A stretch of 62,108 nucleotides of DNA from an uncultured SAR86 cluster bacterium (GTDB lineage Bacteria; Pseudomonadota; Gammaproteobacteria; Magnimaribacterales; D2472), in contig CACDVW010000003.1 of the NCBI GenBank assembly GCA_902556355.1, forward strand, positions 1-62,108, in the 5' to 3' direction. The position numbers were made by a program, and so were the translations under genes. Position 1 is the stretch's first letter. The number at the start of each line of letters is the position of its first letter. The notes under the pieces are model-generated. The model made no database searches and was not told the DNA's origin. It worked only from the letters and a program-made list of their open reading frames with translations. Of this stretch, positions 46,897 through 54,714 are shown piece by piece.

Positions 46897-47740
46897 TTCA
46901 GGATTAATAAAATTAAAAAATTCTGACAAAAAGATTGTATGGTATTTTTTTGCAGAAATAATATTTATTTCAAGTTTAATTGCTTCAACCTATAGTAATC
47001 CTTATTTGTTTTTAATCTCAATTTTAGCCATAACATTGTTAATATATTTTGAGTCAACTTCTATATATACCTCTTTATTTTTATCTGTTTTTTGTGCTTT
47101 AGTACCTTTTATGGCTCTGAGTGCTATTTTGGGATTGAATTTTTTTCAATCATATGAAGGTTTTATATCAAGCTCAGGATCAAAAATTTTGATTTTTATA
47201 TTGTTCTGTATATCATTTTATTTTCATCTTCACTCAAGAATTATTATAAGAAATTTTTATGAACCATTTTTTAAGAAAATTAGATTTTATATACCGATTA
47301 GAAATGAAAAATTTCATATAAAGATTTATGGATCCTCATTAAACACGCCAAAAGTAAAAAGATATGTGAATGATATAATGTTCTACCTTATGCCTTTCTA
47401 TGGCGAAGATAAAAACATAATTATCAAAGAAACTGGCTGTATTAATTCTAAGGACACAGAATCGGGTTATGCTCTTGGTAATTGTGTGTATGACAATGAG
47501 AATACAGTTGTTATAAACATATCAGAATATAACTCTATGCAAAGAACAAAACAAAGTATGGATAGTAAAATTAAAACCCTTGCTCATGAACTAGTTCATG
47601 CAAAACAGTTTTTAAAAGGTGAGCTGAATGGAGAATATTGGCATGGAAAAAAATATGAAAATTTAGTATGGGAAGATAGACCGTGGGAAAAAGAGGCAGT
47701 TCTGCTTGAAAAAAAATTATTTAATAAGCACTGGTATTGA
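46889..47740 (+). CDS. membrane-anchored HExxH zinc-metallopeptidase-like protein, 283 aa
   Basis: The N-terminal 4-TM module is paralogous to that of the preceding gene. The C-terminal LAHELVHAKQ has HELVH at nt 47585-47599 and a downstream PWEKEA that could supply the third ligand. It overlaps the upstream gene by 8 nt. Confidence 0.65.
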   Translation: MINSGLIKLKNSDKKIVWYFFAEIIFISSLIASTYSNPYLFLISILAITLLIYFESTSIYTSLFLSVFCALVPFMALSAILGLNFFQSYEGFISSSGSKILIFILFCISFYFHLHSRIIIRNFYEPFFKKIRFYIPIRNEKFHIKIYGSSLNTPKVKRYVNDIMFYLMPFYGEDKNIIIKETGCINSKDTESGYALGNCVYDNENTVVINISEYNSMQRTKQSMDSKIKTLAHELVHAKQFLKGELNGEYWHGKKYENLVWEDRPWEKEAVLLEKKLFNKHWY

Positions 47741-47784
47741 GCATCTGATAAATTAAGATAATCGCATTTTAAATTTTACCCTGG

Positions 47785-49122
47785 TCATATTACCAAAAAT
47801 GGCAGTGCTAAGACTGATACCAAAACCACTAATTGAATAATGATAAATGGTATGACACCCCTATAAATGTCTAATGTCTGTATGGATTCATCTGCAACGC
47901 CTCTTAAGTAAAACAATGAAAAACCAAAGGGCGGTGTTAAGAAAGAAGTTTGCAGGTTAATTGCAATTAGAATTGCTAACCAGACTGGATCAAAACCCAT
48001 CATCAATAGAGGTGGGGCGACCAAAGGAACAATTACATAGCAAATTTCAATAAAATCTAAAATAAATCCAAGCAAGAAAACAAAAATTAAAACAAAAATT
48101 AATGCTGTATATGGCCCTCCAGGGAGAGAGCCAAACACCAAATCAATTAAATCATCTCCACCAACTCCTCTAAAAATTAGTGAAAAAATAGAAGCACTAA
48201 TTAATATTGTGAAGATCATTGTTGAGACTATTGCAGTTTTCTTACTAGTTTCTTTTATAAAGCCTAAAGATAACTTGCCGTTAATAAGAACTATTAAAAG
48301 TGCACCAGCAGCTCCAATAGCAGATGCCTCTGTTGGTGTTGCTATTCCAGCAATAATAGAACCTAAAACCAAAATAATTAAAAGTAATGGCAAGGCAAGA
48401 GTCTTAAGAATATTTTTGAATGATGCTGATTTTGCTTCTGGCTCAAACAAGATATTTGGATTTTTATAGTTTTGATAGATTGTATAAATAAGATACCCAA
48501 GACAAATCATAATTCCAGGTACTATGGCGCCAATAAATAAATCTCCAACAGTAACAGTTTGTTGAGAAAAAATACCCATGTTGTTTTGAGCTCTTTGATA
48601 TGCATTAGACATAACATCACCCAAAAGCACTAATGCAATTGAAGGAGGAATGATCTGTCCTAAGGTTCCCGTTGATGCAACTAGGCCTGATGAGAAATCT
48701 TTTTTATAGCCCTGTTGAATCAGAACTGGCAAAGACATAAGACCCATTGTTACAACTGTTGCGCCAACAATACCTGTGCTTGCTGCTAATAGAGCACCAA
48801 CAGAAATTATAGAAATGCTTAGACCGCCTCTAATATTCTTAAATGCTAAAGCCATGTTTTCTAACATTTTTGCAGCAATGCCCGACCTTTCAAGAACAGT
48901 CCCCATAAATATAAATAAGGGAACTGCGAGAAGAGTCACATTATTCATAATCCCAAATATTCTTAGAGGAATACTTTTCAAAATTGATTCATCAAATATT
49001 CCGAACGGTATACAGATTAGAGCAAATAGAATAGAGACCCCAGAAAGTGTAAATGCAACCGGATACCCAAATAAAAGAGCTAGACATATTAAAACTAAAA
49101 GTAATAAAGGAATTATTTCCAT
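47785..49122 (-). CDS. dctM: TRAP transporter large permease (DctM family)
   Basis: 445 aa and about 12 TM helices. The GYPVAFTLSG opening and FGFSLFYLRGV are typical of TRAP DctM (COG4664-like). Confidence 0.9.
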   Translation of the reverse strand: MEIIPLLLLVLICLALLFGYPVAFTLSGVSILFALICIPFGIFDESILKSIPLRIFGIMNNVTLLAVPLFIFMGTVLERSGIAAKMLENMALAFKNIRGGLSISIISVGALLAASTGIVGATVVTMGLMSLPVLIQQGYKKDFSSGLVASTGTLGQIIPPSIALVLLGDVMSNAYQRAQNNMGIFSQQTVTVGDLFIGAIVPGIMICLGYLIYTIYQNYKNPNILFEPEAKSASFKNILKTLALPLLLIILVLGSIIAGIATPTEASAIGAAGALLIVLINGKLSLGFIKETSKKTAIVSTMIFTILISASIFSLIFRGVGGDDLIDLVFGSLPGGPYTALIFVLIFVFLLGFILDFIEICYVIVPLVAPPLLMMGFDPVWLAILIAINLQTSFLTPPFGFSLFYLRGVADESIQTLDIYRGVIPFIIIQLVVLVSVLALPFLVI

Positions 49123-49586
49123 TTTGTTTTTATAAATTGATTAATTAGCGCTGTTAAAAGCGTTAGTGGGAATAGAACTATCAATGTTTTTTGAATGTAT
49201 ACATATGCCAAACCACCTGCTTCTGTAGATGTTTCACTCATTTTCCAAGAAGCTTCGATTGTTTCAATAGAATAAAAAAATGTAACAGCAATTAGAGGTA
49301 GTAAAAACAATAAACCTAATACACTATTTATATTTTTTTTATACCTATCAGATGCATTTCTGTAGAAAATATCAACTCTTACATGTTCATCATGATTCAT
49401 TACGTAACCAGCACAACCAAGAAAAACCAATGCATGAAAGTACATCACTAACTCTTGGATGCCAGTTCTTCCAATACCAAAAAAATACCTACTAATAATT
49501 ACAAATACCATCAAAGCAACCATAACTGGTATTAGGTAAGATATTTTTTCACCTACAAAATTTATATACTTTTCTAGAACTTTCAT
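49113..49586 (-). CDS. dctQ: TRAP transporter small permease (DctQ family)
   Basis: 157 aa and four TM helices. It overlaps the dctM start by 10 nt. Confidence 0.8.
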   Translation of the reverse strand: MKVLEKYINFVGEKISYLIPVMVALMVFVIISRYFFGIGRTGIQELVMYFHALVFLGCAGYVMNHDEHVRVDIFYRNASDRYKKNINSVLGLLFLLPLIAVTFFYSIETIEASWKMSETSTEAGGLAYVYIQKTLIVLFPLTLLTALINQFIKTKWK

Positions 49587-49622
49587 TAGATGTCTGACTC
49601 AGATTTAGTTAGAATATTTATC

Positions 49623-50390
49623 ATGTTAATTGTACTTTCACCAGCAAAAACTTTGGATTATGAAGTTGATTCTAAAAGCAATCATACTGCACCCCAGTTT
49701 CTAAGCCAATCTTCAAGTCTTATAAAGACACTTAAAGACAAGGAGCCAAAAGACATTGCCAGTCTTATGGGGCTAAGTGACAAGTTGGCAGCTTTAAATT
49801 TTGATCGATATCAGTCATGGAAGGCATCTAAAACTTTATCAGAAGATAGCAAGCCTTCATTGTTAGTTTTTAAAGGTGATGTTTATCAAGGGCTTGATGC
49901 TGAAACCCTTAATGCCAAGCAAATTAAATTTGCTCAAAAGCATTTAAGAATCCTATCAGGATTATATGGAATATTAAGACCTATGGATGTTATTAAGCCT
50001 TACAGACTAGAAATGGGGACAAAGCTAGAAACGAGTAAAGGTAAAAACTTATATGAATTTTGGGGTAACTCAATTCAAGAAAATGTATTGAATGATTTGG
50101 AGTCTCAAAAATCTGATCTTTTAATCAATTTAGCTTCTAAAGAATATTTTAGCGTTCTGGGCAAAATGCCAGACTATATAAATGTTGTATCGCCTGTATT
50201 TAAAGATTGTAAAAATGGGAATTACAAAATTATTAGTTTTTATGCGAAAAAAGCCAGAGGCCTTATGGCTAGGTGGGTTATTGAAAACAACGTAAAAGAT
50301 TTTGAGGAGCTCTCTGGTTTCAACTCAGATGGCTATTATTACTCTAAAGCTGAATCAACAGCTACAGAGCCAGTTTTTTTAAGAGATTAA
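49623..50390 (+). CDS. yaaA: peroxide stress protein YaaA (UPF0246/DUF328)
   Basis: Met12 of the track ORF gives the canonical MLIVLSPAKTLD opening. LRILSGLYGILRP and the FYAKKARG block follow. Confidence 0.9.
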   Translation: MLIVLSPAKTLDYEVDSKSNHTAPQFLSQSSSLIKTLKDKEPKDIASLMGLSDKLAALNFDRYQSWKASKTLSEDSKPSLLVFKGDVYQGLDAETLNAKQIKFAQKHLRILSGLYGILRPMDVIKPYRLEMGTKLETSKGKNLYEFWGNSIQENVLNDLESQKSDLLINLASKEYFSVLGKMPDYINVVSPVFKDCKNGNYKIISFYAKKARGLMARWVIENNVKDFEELSGFNSDGYYYSKAESTATEPVFLRD

Positions 50391-51253
50391 ATTAAACCTT
50401 CTTTTTCCCAAAAAGATTTTAGCTCTTCGAGGTCATCAAACTCGCCTTCAGATTTATTCATAAATGCAGTTAGTGCAGTTTCTGTATCTTTATGACTAAT
50501 TAAGCTGGCATTCCACATGGCATGATATTCCAAGGAATCTCTTACTGAATTATCTCTTGCATAGTTAATTTGTTTTTTAATTACTCTGGTAACAAGTGGA
50601 GATTTGCTCGCAATTGTTTGAGCTATTTTCTGTACCTCTTCCATCATATTATTTACAGATGAGTAAACTTCATTAACGAGACCAAGAGATTTAGCTTCTG
50701 CAGAGTCACATTTTCTTCCTGTGTATGCAAGTTCTCTTAAAACAGCTAGAGGAATTAAAGATGGTAGTCTTTGAAGTGTGCCAACATCAGCTGCAATACC
50801 TATATCAACTTCTGCAATTTTAAAGAAAGCATCTTCAGAGCAATACCTCATATCACATGCCGCAGCCATATCAATGGCACCGCCAATGCATCCACCCTGA
50901 ATAGCGGCTATGGTTGGCATTCTGCATTCTTCAAGTGCTGTAAAAGTATCCTGTAGTTCTAGGACTTCATGATAAAAAGCTTCTCTTTTTCTTGCTGGAT
51001 CAATTTCTTTTTCAGATTTTTTTGGAGGTGCAAAGTTAGCAAAATCCATACCGGCACTAAAATGTTTACCTTGACCAGATAATATTAAAACTCTTGCATC
51101 AGACTTTTTATCAATATCTTTAATCATCTCTGGTAGCTCTTTCCAAAAGATTCTTGTCATCGAGTTTAATTGATCAGGTCTGTTCATAATAAGATGAGCA
51201 ATGCCATCGTTAATCTGAACCTCAAAACAAGAATATTTACTCATTTTCAGCAA
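50387..51253 (-). CDS. enoyl-CoA hydratase/isomerase family (dienoyl-CoA isomerase-like)
   Basis: NRPDQLNSM, FSAGMDF and AIQGGCIGGAIDMAAACD. Confidence 0.85.
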   Translation of the reverse strand: MLKMSKYSCFEVQINDGIAHLIMNRPDQLNSMTRIFWKELPEMIKDIDKKSDARVLILSGQGKHFSAGMDFANFAPPKKSEKEIDPARKREAFYHEVLELQDTFTALEECRMPTIAAIQGGCIGGAIDMAAACDMRYCSEDAFFKIAEVDIGIAADVGTLQRLPSLIPLAVLRELAYTGRKCDSAEAKSLGLVNEVYSSVNNMMEEVQKIAQTIASKSPLVTRVIKKQINYARDNSVRDSLEYHAMWNASLISHKDTETALTAFMNKSEGEFDDLEELKSFWEKEGLI

Positions 51254-51431
51254 GTTCTATTGATTCATTAACAATGTTGCGCATCTTTTCTACATGCTCA
51301 AATGTCTTATGGTGAGACATCACAACTTTTCTTTCTTCACTTAACAAAACAAGCATTTTCTTTAGTTTATTAAGATTTTCTAATAGTTCACTATTCATAG
51401 GTTTTTGTAACTTAAATTTAATTATTGGCAT
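51237..51431 (-). CDS. hypothetical protein, 64 aa
   Basis: ORF only. It overlaps the downstream crotonase start by 17 nt. Confidence 0.35.
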   Translation of the reverse strand: MPIIKFKLQKPMNSELLENLNKLKKMLVLLSEERKVVMSHHKTFEHVEKMRNIVNESIELAENE

Positions 51432-51448
51432 TATAATGCTCTTAATCT

Positions 51449-52306
51449 ATGAAATCACGGAATCTAATATATTTATGTCTTATCCTTTGCGCATTTATTG
51501 ATAATATAAATGCAAAAGAAAAAGAATTAGATAATTCTCTTCAAGCTCAATCAATGCTCTCAGTCTTATATGCTCAGTCTTCGGCAGAATATGAGGCGAG
51601 CAATATGCAAACATACGTGAATGCAAAGTCAGCTCTTGATAGAGCACTAAATGATCTTGGCTGGACTGCAGCAATAGAACAGAAGGAAAATTTTAAAAAC
51701 AAACCGCCTGCAATAATTTTAGATATCGATGAAACAGTTTTAAATAATATTCCTTTTCAAGCAAGAGCAATTATTAATGGTCAATCTTATCCCACAGGAT
51801 GGCTTGAATGGATGCTTGAAGAATCCTCTGATGCTGTTGCTGGAGTATCAGACTTTTTGGAATATGCACAAAGCAAGGGTGTAAAAATTTTTTATGTAAC
51901 AAATAGGATTGCAGTAGCAGAAGATGCAACCCGTAATAACATTCAAAAACTTGGACTTCCTCTAGATACTGATAGAGATGTTTTATTAATGAAGAATGAG
52001 AATGGTTGGACCTCAGACAAGGTTTCAAGACGAGAGTTAGTTGCAAAAGATTATAGAATTTTATTGCTTATTGGTGATCAACTAGGTGATTTTTTACCAC
52101 TAGATGAAACAACGCTTGAATTAGATTCAAGAAAAAATCTGGCTGAGACCTATGACCATATGTGGGGTTCAAAATGGTTCATGATTACCAATCCGATGTA
52201 TGGAAGATGGGAGGCATCAATATATAACAATGAGTATCCAGATACAGAAGATGAGCTTATGCAAATGAGGCTGGAAGCACTCAAGCCAAAAGATAAGACA
52301 AATTAA
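51449..52306 (+). CDS. HAD-IIIB acid phosphatase / 5'-nucleotidase, e(P4)-like
   Basis: Signal peptide, DIDETVLNN (DDDD motif I), YVTNR and GDQLGDF. Confidence 0.8.
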   Translation: MKSRNLIYLCLILCAFIDNINAKEKELDNSLQAQSMLSVLYAQSSAEYEASNMQTYVNAKSALDRALNDLGWTAAIEQKENFKNKPPAIILDIDETVLNNIPFQARAIINGQSYPTGWLEWMLEESSDAVAGVSDFLEYAQSKGVKIFYVTNRIAVAEDATRNNIQKLGLPLDTDRDVLLMKNENGWTSDKVSRRELVAKDYRILLLIGDQLGDFLPLDETTLELDSRKNLAETYDHMWGSKWFMITNPMYGRWEASIYNNEYPDTEDELMQMRLEALKPKDKTN

Positions 52307-52310
52307 AGTT

Positions 52311-53123
52311 ATGTCAATTGATGCAGGGTTTCTAGAAAGTCTAAACCAGCCACTAAAAAAAATCGTGCAAGATGCAGCAAATGCAATTATGGACGTTTAT
52401 AGAAAAGATGATTTTGAAAGCGAAATAAAATCAGATGGTTCTCCTGTTACAGAGGCTGACAACAATGCAAACAAAATCATTGTCAGTGCGCTCAAAGAAA
52501 TTACTCCAAACATTCCGATAGTTTCAGAAGAAACCTATAAAAAAGAATTAGATATACCCAACATCCCATATTGGTTGGTTGACCCTTTAGATGGAACAAG
52601 AGAGTTCTTAAATAAGTCTAAAGACTTTACTGTAAATATTGCACTGATAGAAAACACGAAAGCTATTTTTGGAATTATATGTGCGCCAATTTCAACTCAA
52701 ATTTGGCTTGGATCTAAATTTAATATTTCTAGCAATGTAGAAACGATACCAGATAGTTTAAGAATAGTAATGAGTAAAAGCCATCAAACAGATAAAGATA
52801 AAATGTTTCTTGATTATCTCAATAGTTTAAACGTTTCTTATGAAATAATAGAAAAGGGTAGCTCATTAAAGTTGTGCGCACTTGCAGATAATAAGGCTGA
52901 TATATATCCAAGATTTGGACCTACTTCAGAATGGGATATAGCTGCTGGAAACGCTATATTAAATACATATGGCGGAAGTATCTCTCAAATGGAAAATGCT
53001 GAAGATCTAAAATACTCAAAAGAGGAAAGCATCTTAAATCCAGCTTTTGCAGCATTTAGAAATAAGGCCATAAAAGACCAATATTTGCCTATTTTGAGCG
53101 AGTTTTATAAAAAATTGGTATAA
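52311..53123 (+). CDS. cysQ: 3'(2'),5'-bisphosphate nucleotidase CysQ (inositol monophosphatase family)
   Basis: SPVTEAD, WLVDPLDGTREF and EWDIAAG motifs. Confidence 0.85.
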   Translation: MSIDAGFLESLNQPLKKIVQDAANAIMDVYRKDDFESEIKSDGSPVTEADNNANKIIVSALKEITPNIPIVSEETYKKELDIPNIPYWLVDPLDGTREFLNKSKDFTVNIALIENTKAIFGIICAPISTQIWLGSKFNISSNVETIPDSLRIVMSKSHQTDKDKMFLDYLNSLNVSYEIIEKGSSLKLCALADNKADIYPRFGPTSEWDIAAGNAILNTYGGSISQMENAEDLKYSKEESILNPAFAAFRNKAIKDQYLPILSEFYKKLV

Positions 53124-53181
53124 TTTTGTGTATAACATTAATTAATAATATAATTAATTATAAATAAAATTTATATTAAGT

Positions 53182-54042
53182 ATGGGAACACAGTTACAAC
53201 CATCTCAGTTAAATAGTCCTGGCAAGGATATTGAGTCCTATTTAGCTTCTGTGCATTCAATTCCTATATTATCCAAAGAAGAAGAGCAGGAATTAGCGCT
53301 CAAACTATATGAAGAAGACGATCTAGATGCTGCAAGACAGTTAGTTATTCATCATCTAAGATTTGTTGTTCATATTGCAAGATCATATCAGGGTTATGGC
53401 CTTCCTTTGGCTGACATTATTCAAGAAGGTAATGTTGGACTAATGAAAGCGGTTGATAAATATGATCCTCATAGAGGGGTGAAAGTTGTTTCTTTTGCAG
53501 TTCACTGGATTAAAGCTGAAATTCATGAGTACATACTGAAAAACTGGAGGCTTGTAAAAATAGCCACAACGAAAGCTCAAAGAAAGTTATTTTTCAACCT
53601 TAGAGGCAAGAAAAAGAGTCTTGAATGGCTTACTAAAGAAGAAGCAGAGAATATTGCCAAAGATCTCAATGTAGAAGTTAAAGATGTGCTTCATATGGAA
53701 AACAGGCTTTCATCTAATGATGCTTCATTTGATACTCCAGTTCCCTCTGGTGATGATGATGAAATGATGTCACCTTCTCAATATATTGAAGACAAGACAT
53801 ATGATCCTGAGGTTATTGTTGCAAATGCTGAAGCTGATGATATGAATCAAAGCGAATTAGTTGAAGCCCTTAAAATGTTAGATGATAGAAGCAAAGACAT
53901 TCTTCAAAGAAGATACTTAGCAGACGATAAAGCAACATTACATGAGTTAGCTGAAGAGTATGATGTTTCTGCAGAGAGAATTAGGCAAATTGAAAATGGA
54001 GCATTAAAAAAATTAAAAGCCATAATGGTAAGTGCTGCTTAA
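53182..54042 (+). CDS. rpoH: RNA polymerase sigma-32 factor RpoH
   Basis: Sigma-70 regions 2-4 are present, plus the RpoH box QRKLFFNLRGKK. Confidence 0.97.
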   Translation: MGTQLQPSQLNSPGKDIESYLASVHSIPILSKEEEQELALKLYEEDDLDAARQLVIHHLRFVVHIARSYQGYGLPLADIIQEGNVGLMKAVDKYDPHRGVKVVSFAVHWIKAEIHEYILKNWRLVKIATTKAQRKLFFNLRGKKKSLEWLTKEEAENIAKDLNVEVKDVLHMENRLSSNDASFDTPVPSGDDDEMMSPSQYIEDKTYDPEVIVANAEADDMNQSELVEALKMLDDRSKDILQRRYLADDKATLHELAEEYDVSAERIRQIENGALKKLKAIMVSAA

Positions 54043-54069
54043 TTCGATTTATTGGTATTCCATTCGTAA

Positions 54070-54714
54070 ATGCGTAACAAATTTCTCCCATCTTTTGTTC
54101 AAAGAAAAGGGCGTATAACTAAAAGCCAAGAAGATAACCTAAACTCTTTACATAAATATCATGTAACTTCTCATGCTCAGTTGCTTCTTGAGAAAAGTAA
54201 CTTTAAAAGAGTTATTTTAGAAATAGGCTTTGGTAATGGAGAGAATCTTATAAACTTAGCTAAAGAAAATCCTCAAAATTTATATATAGGTTCAGAAGTG
54301 TATATGGCTGGAATTGGGCAGGTTCTTGGAGCAATTAATGATAATGAGCTTGCCAATATTAGATTAGTGACCGGGGATATAAGATTATTAATAGAAGAAA
54401 TTAATGAATCAATCTTTGATGAAGTTTTAATAATATGCCCCGATCCATGGCCTAAGTTAAAACACCATAAAAGACGAATGATAAACTCAGAATTTTTAGA
54501 TTCAATTTATAAAGTTTTAAATTCAGATGGCCATCTTTTTATTTCAACAGATTGGGAGAATTATGCTGAATCAATCGATGAATCTATTAGTCAAAATTTA
54601 GATTTCAAAGTTTTAAGCTCATCTCCTTATGAAAACATCATGTTAACCAAGTTCCAGCAAAGGGCCGTAGAAGAGGGTAGAAAAATTTATCCATTTTCGC
54701 TAAAGAAAAGTTAG
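54070..54714 (+). CDS. trmB: tRNA (guanine-N7)-methyltransferase TrmB
   Basis: LEIGFGNGE, PDPWPKLKHHKRR and the TDW block. Confidence 0.9.
   Translation: MRNKFLPSFVQRKGRITKSQEDNLNSLHKYHVTSHAQLLLEKSNFKRVILEIGFGNGENLINLAKENPQNLYIGSEVYMAGIGQVLGAINDNELANIRLVTGDIRLLIEEINESIFDEVLIICPDPWPKLKHHKRRMINSEFLDSIYKVLNSDGHLFISTDWENYAESIDESISQNLDFKVLSSSPYENIMLTKFQQRAVEEGRKIYPFSLKKS

Larger units (their letters stand above)
37130..47784. other. AT-rich accessory island of orphan genes between lipA and dctM
   Basis: Ten ORFs with almost no recognisable families. Hand spot counts gave 12-18 G+C per 60 nt on four lines inside the block, against 16-30 per 60 nt on five lines in flanking housekeeping genes. Confidence 0.65.

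Noticed and set aside
37136-47777. TTTAAATTTT occurs at both island borders (37136-37145 and 47768-47777), which could be att-like direct repeats.
   Set aside because: A 10-mer made only of A and T is expected by chance in intergenic DNA this AT-rich. No integrase or tRNA target supports site-specific integration.
48209-49135. Plus-strand ORFs 48209..48469 and 48776..49135.
   Set aside because: They are antisense to the well-supported dctM gene.
53124-53181. AT-only quasi-palindromic tract TTAATTAATAATATAATTAATTA upstream of rpoH.
   Set aside because: It is pure A/T low-complexity sequence, and self-complementarity is trivial in it. I cannot distinguish it from ordinary promoter or UP-element DNA.
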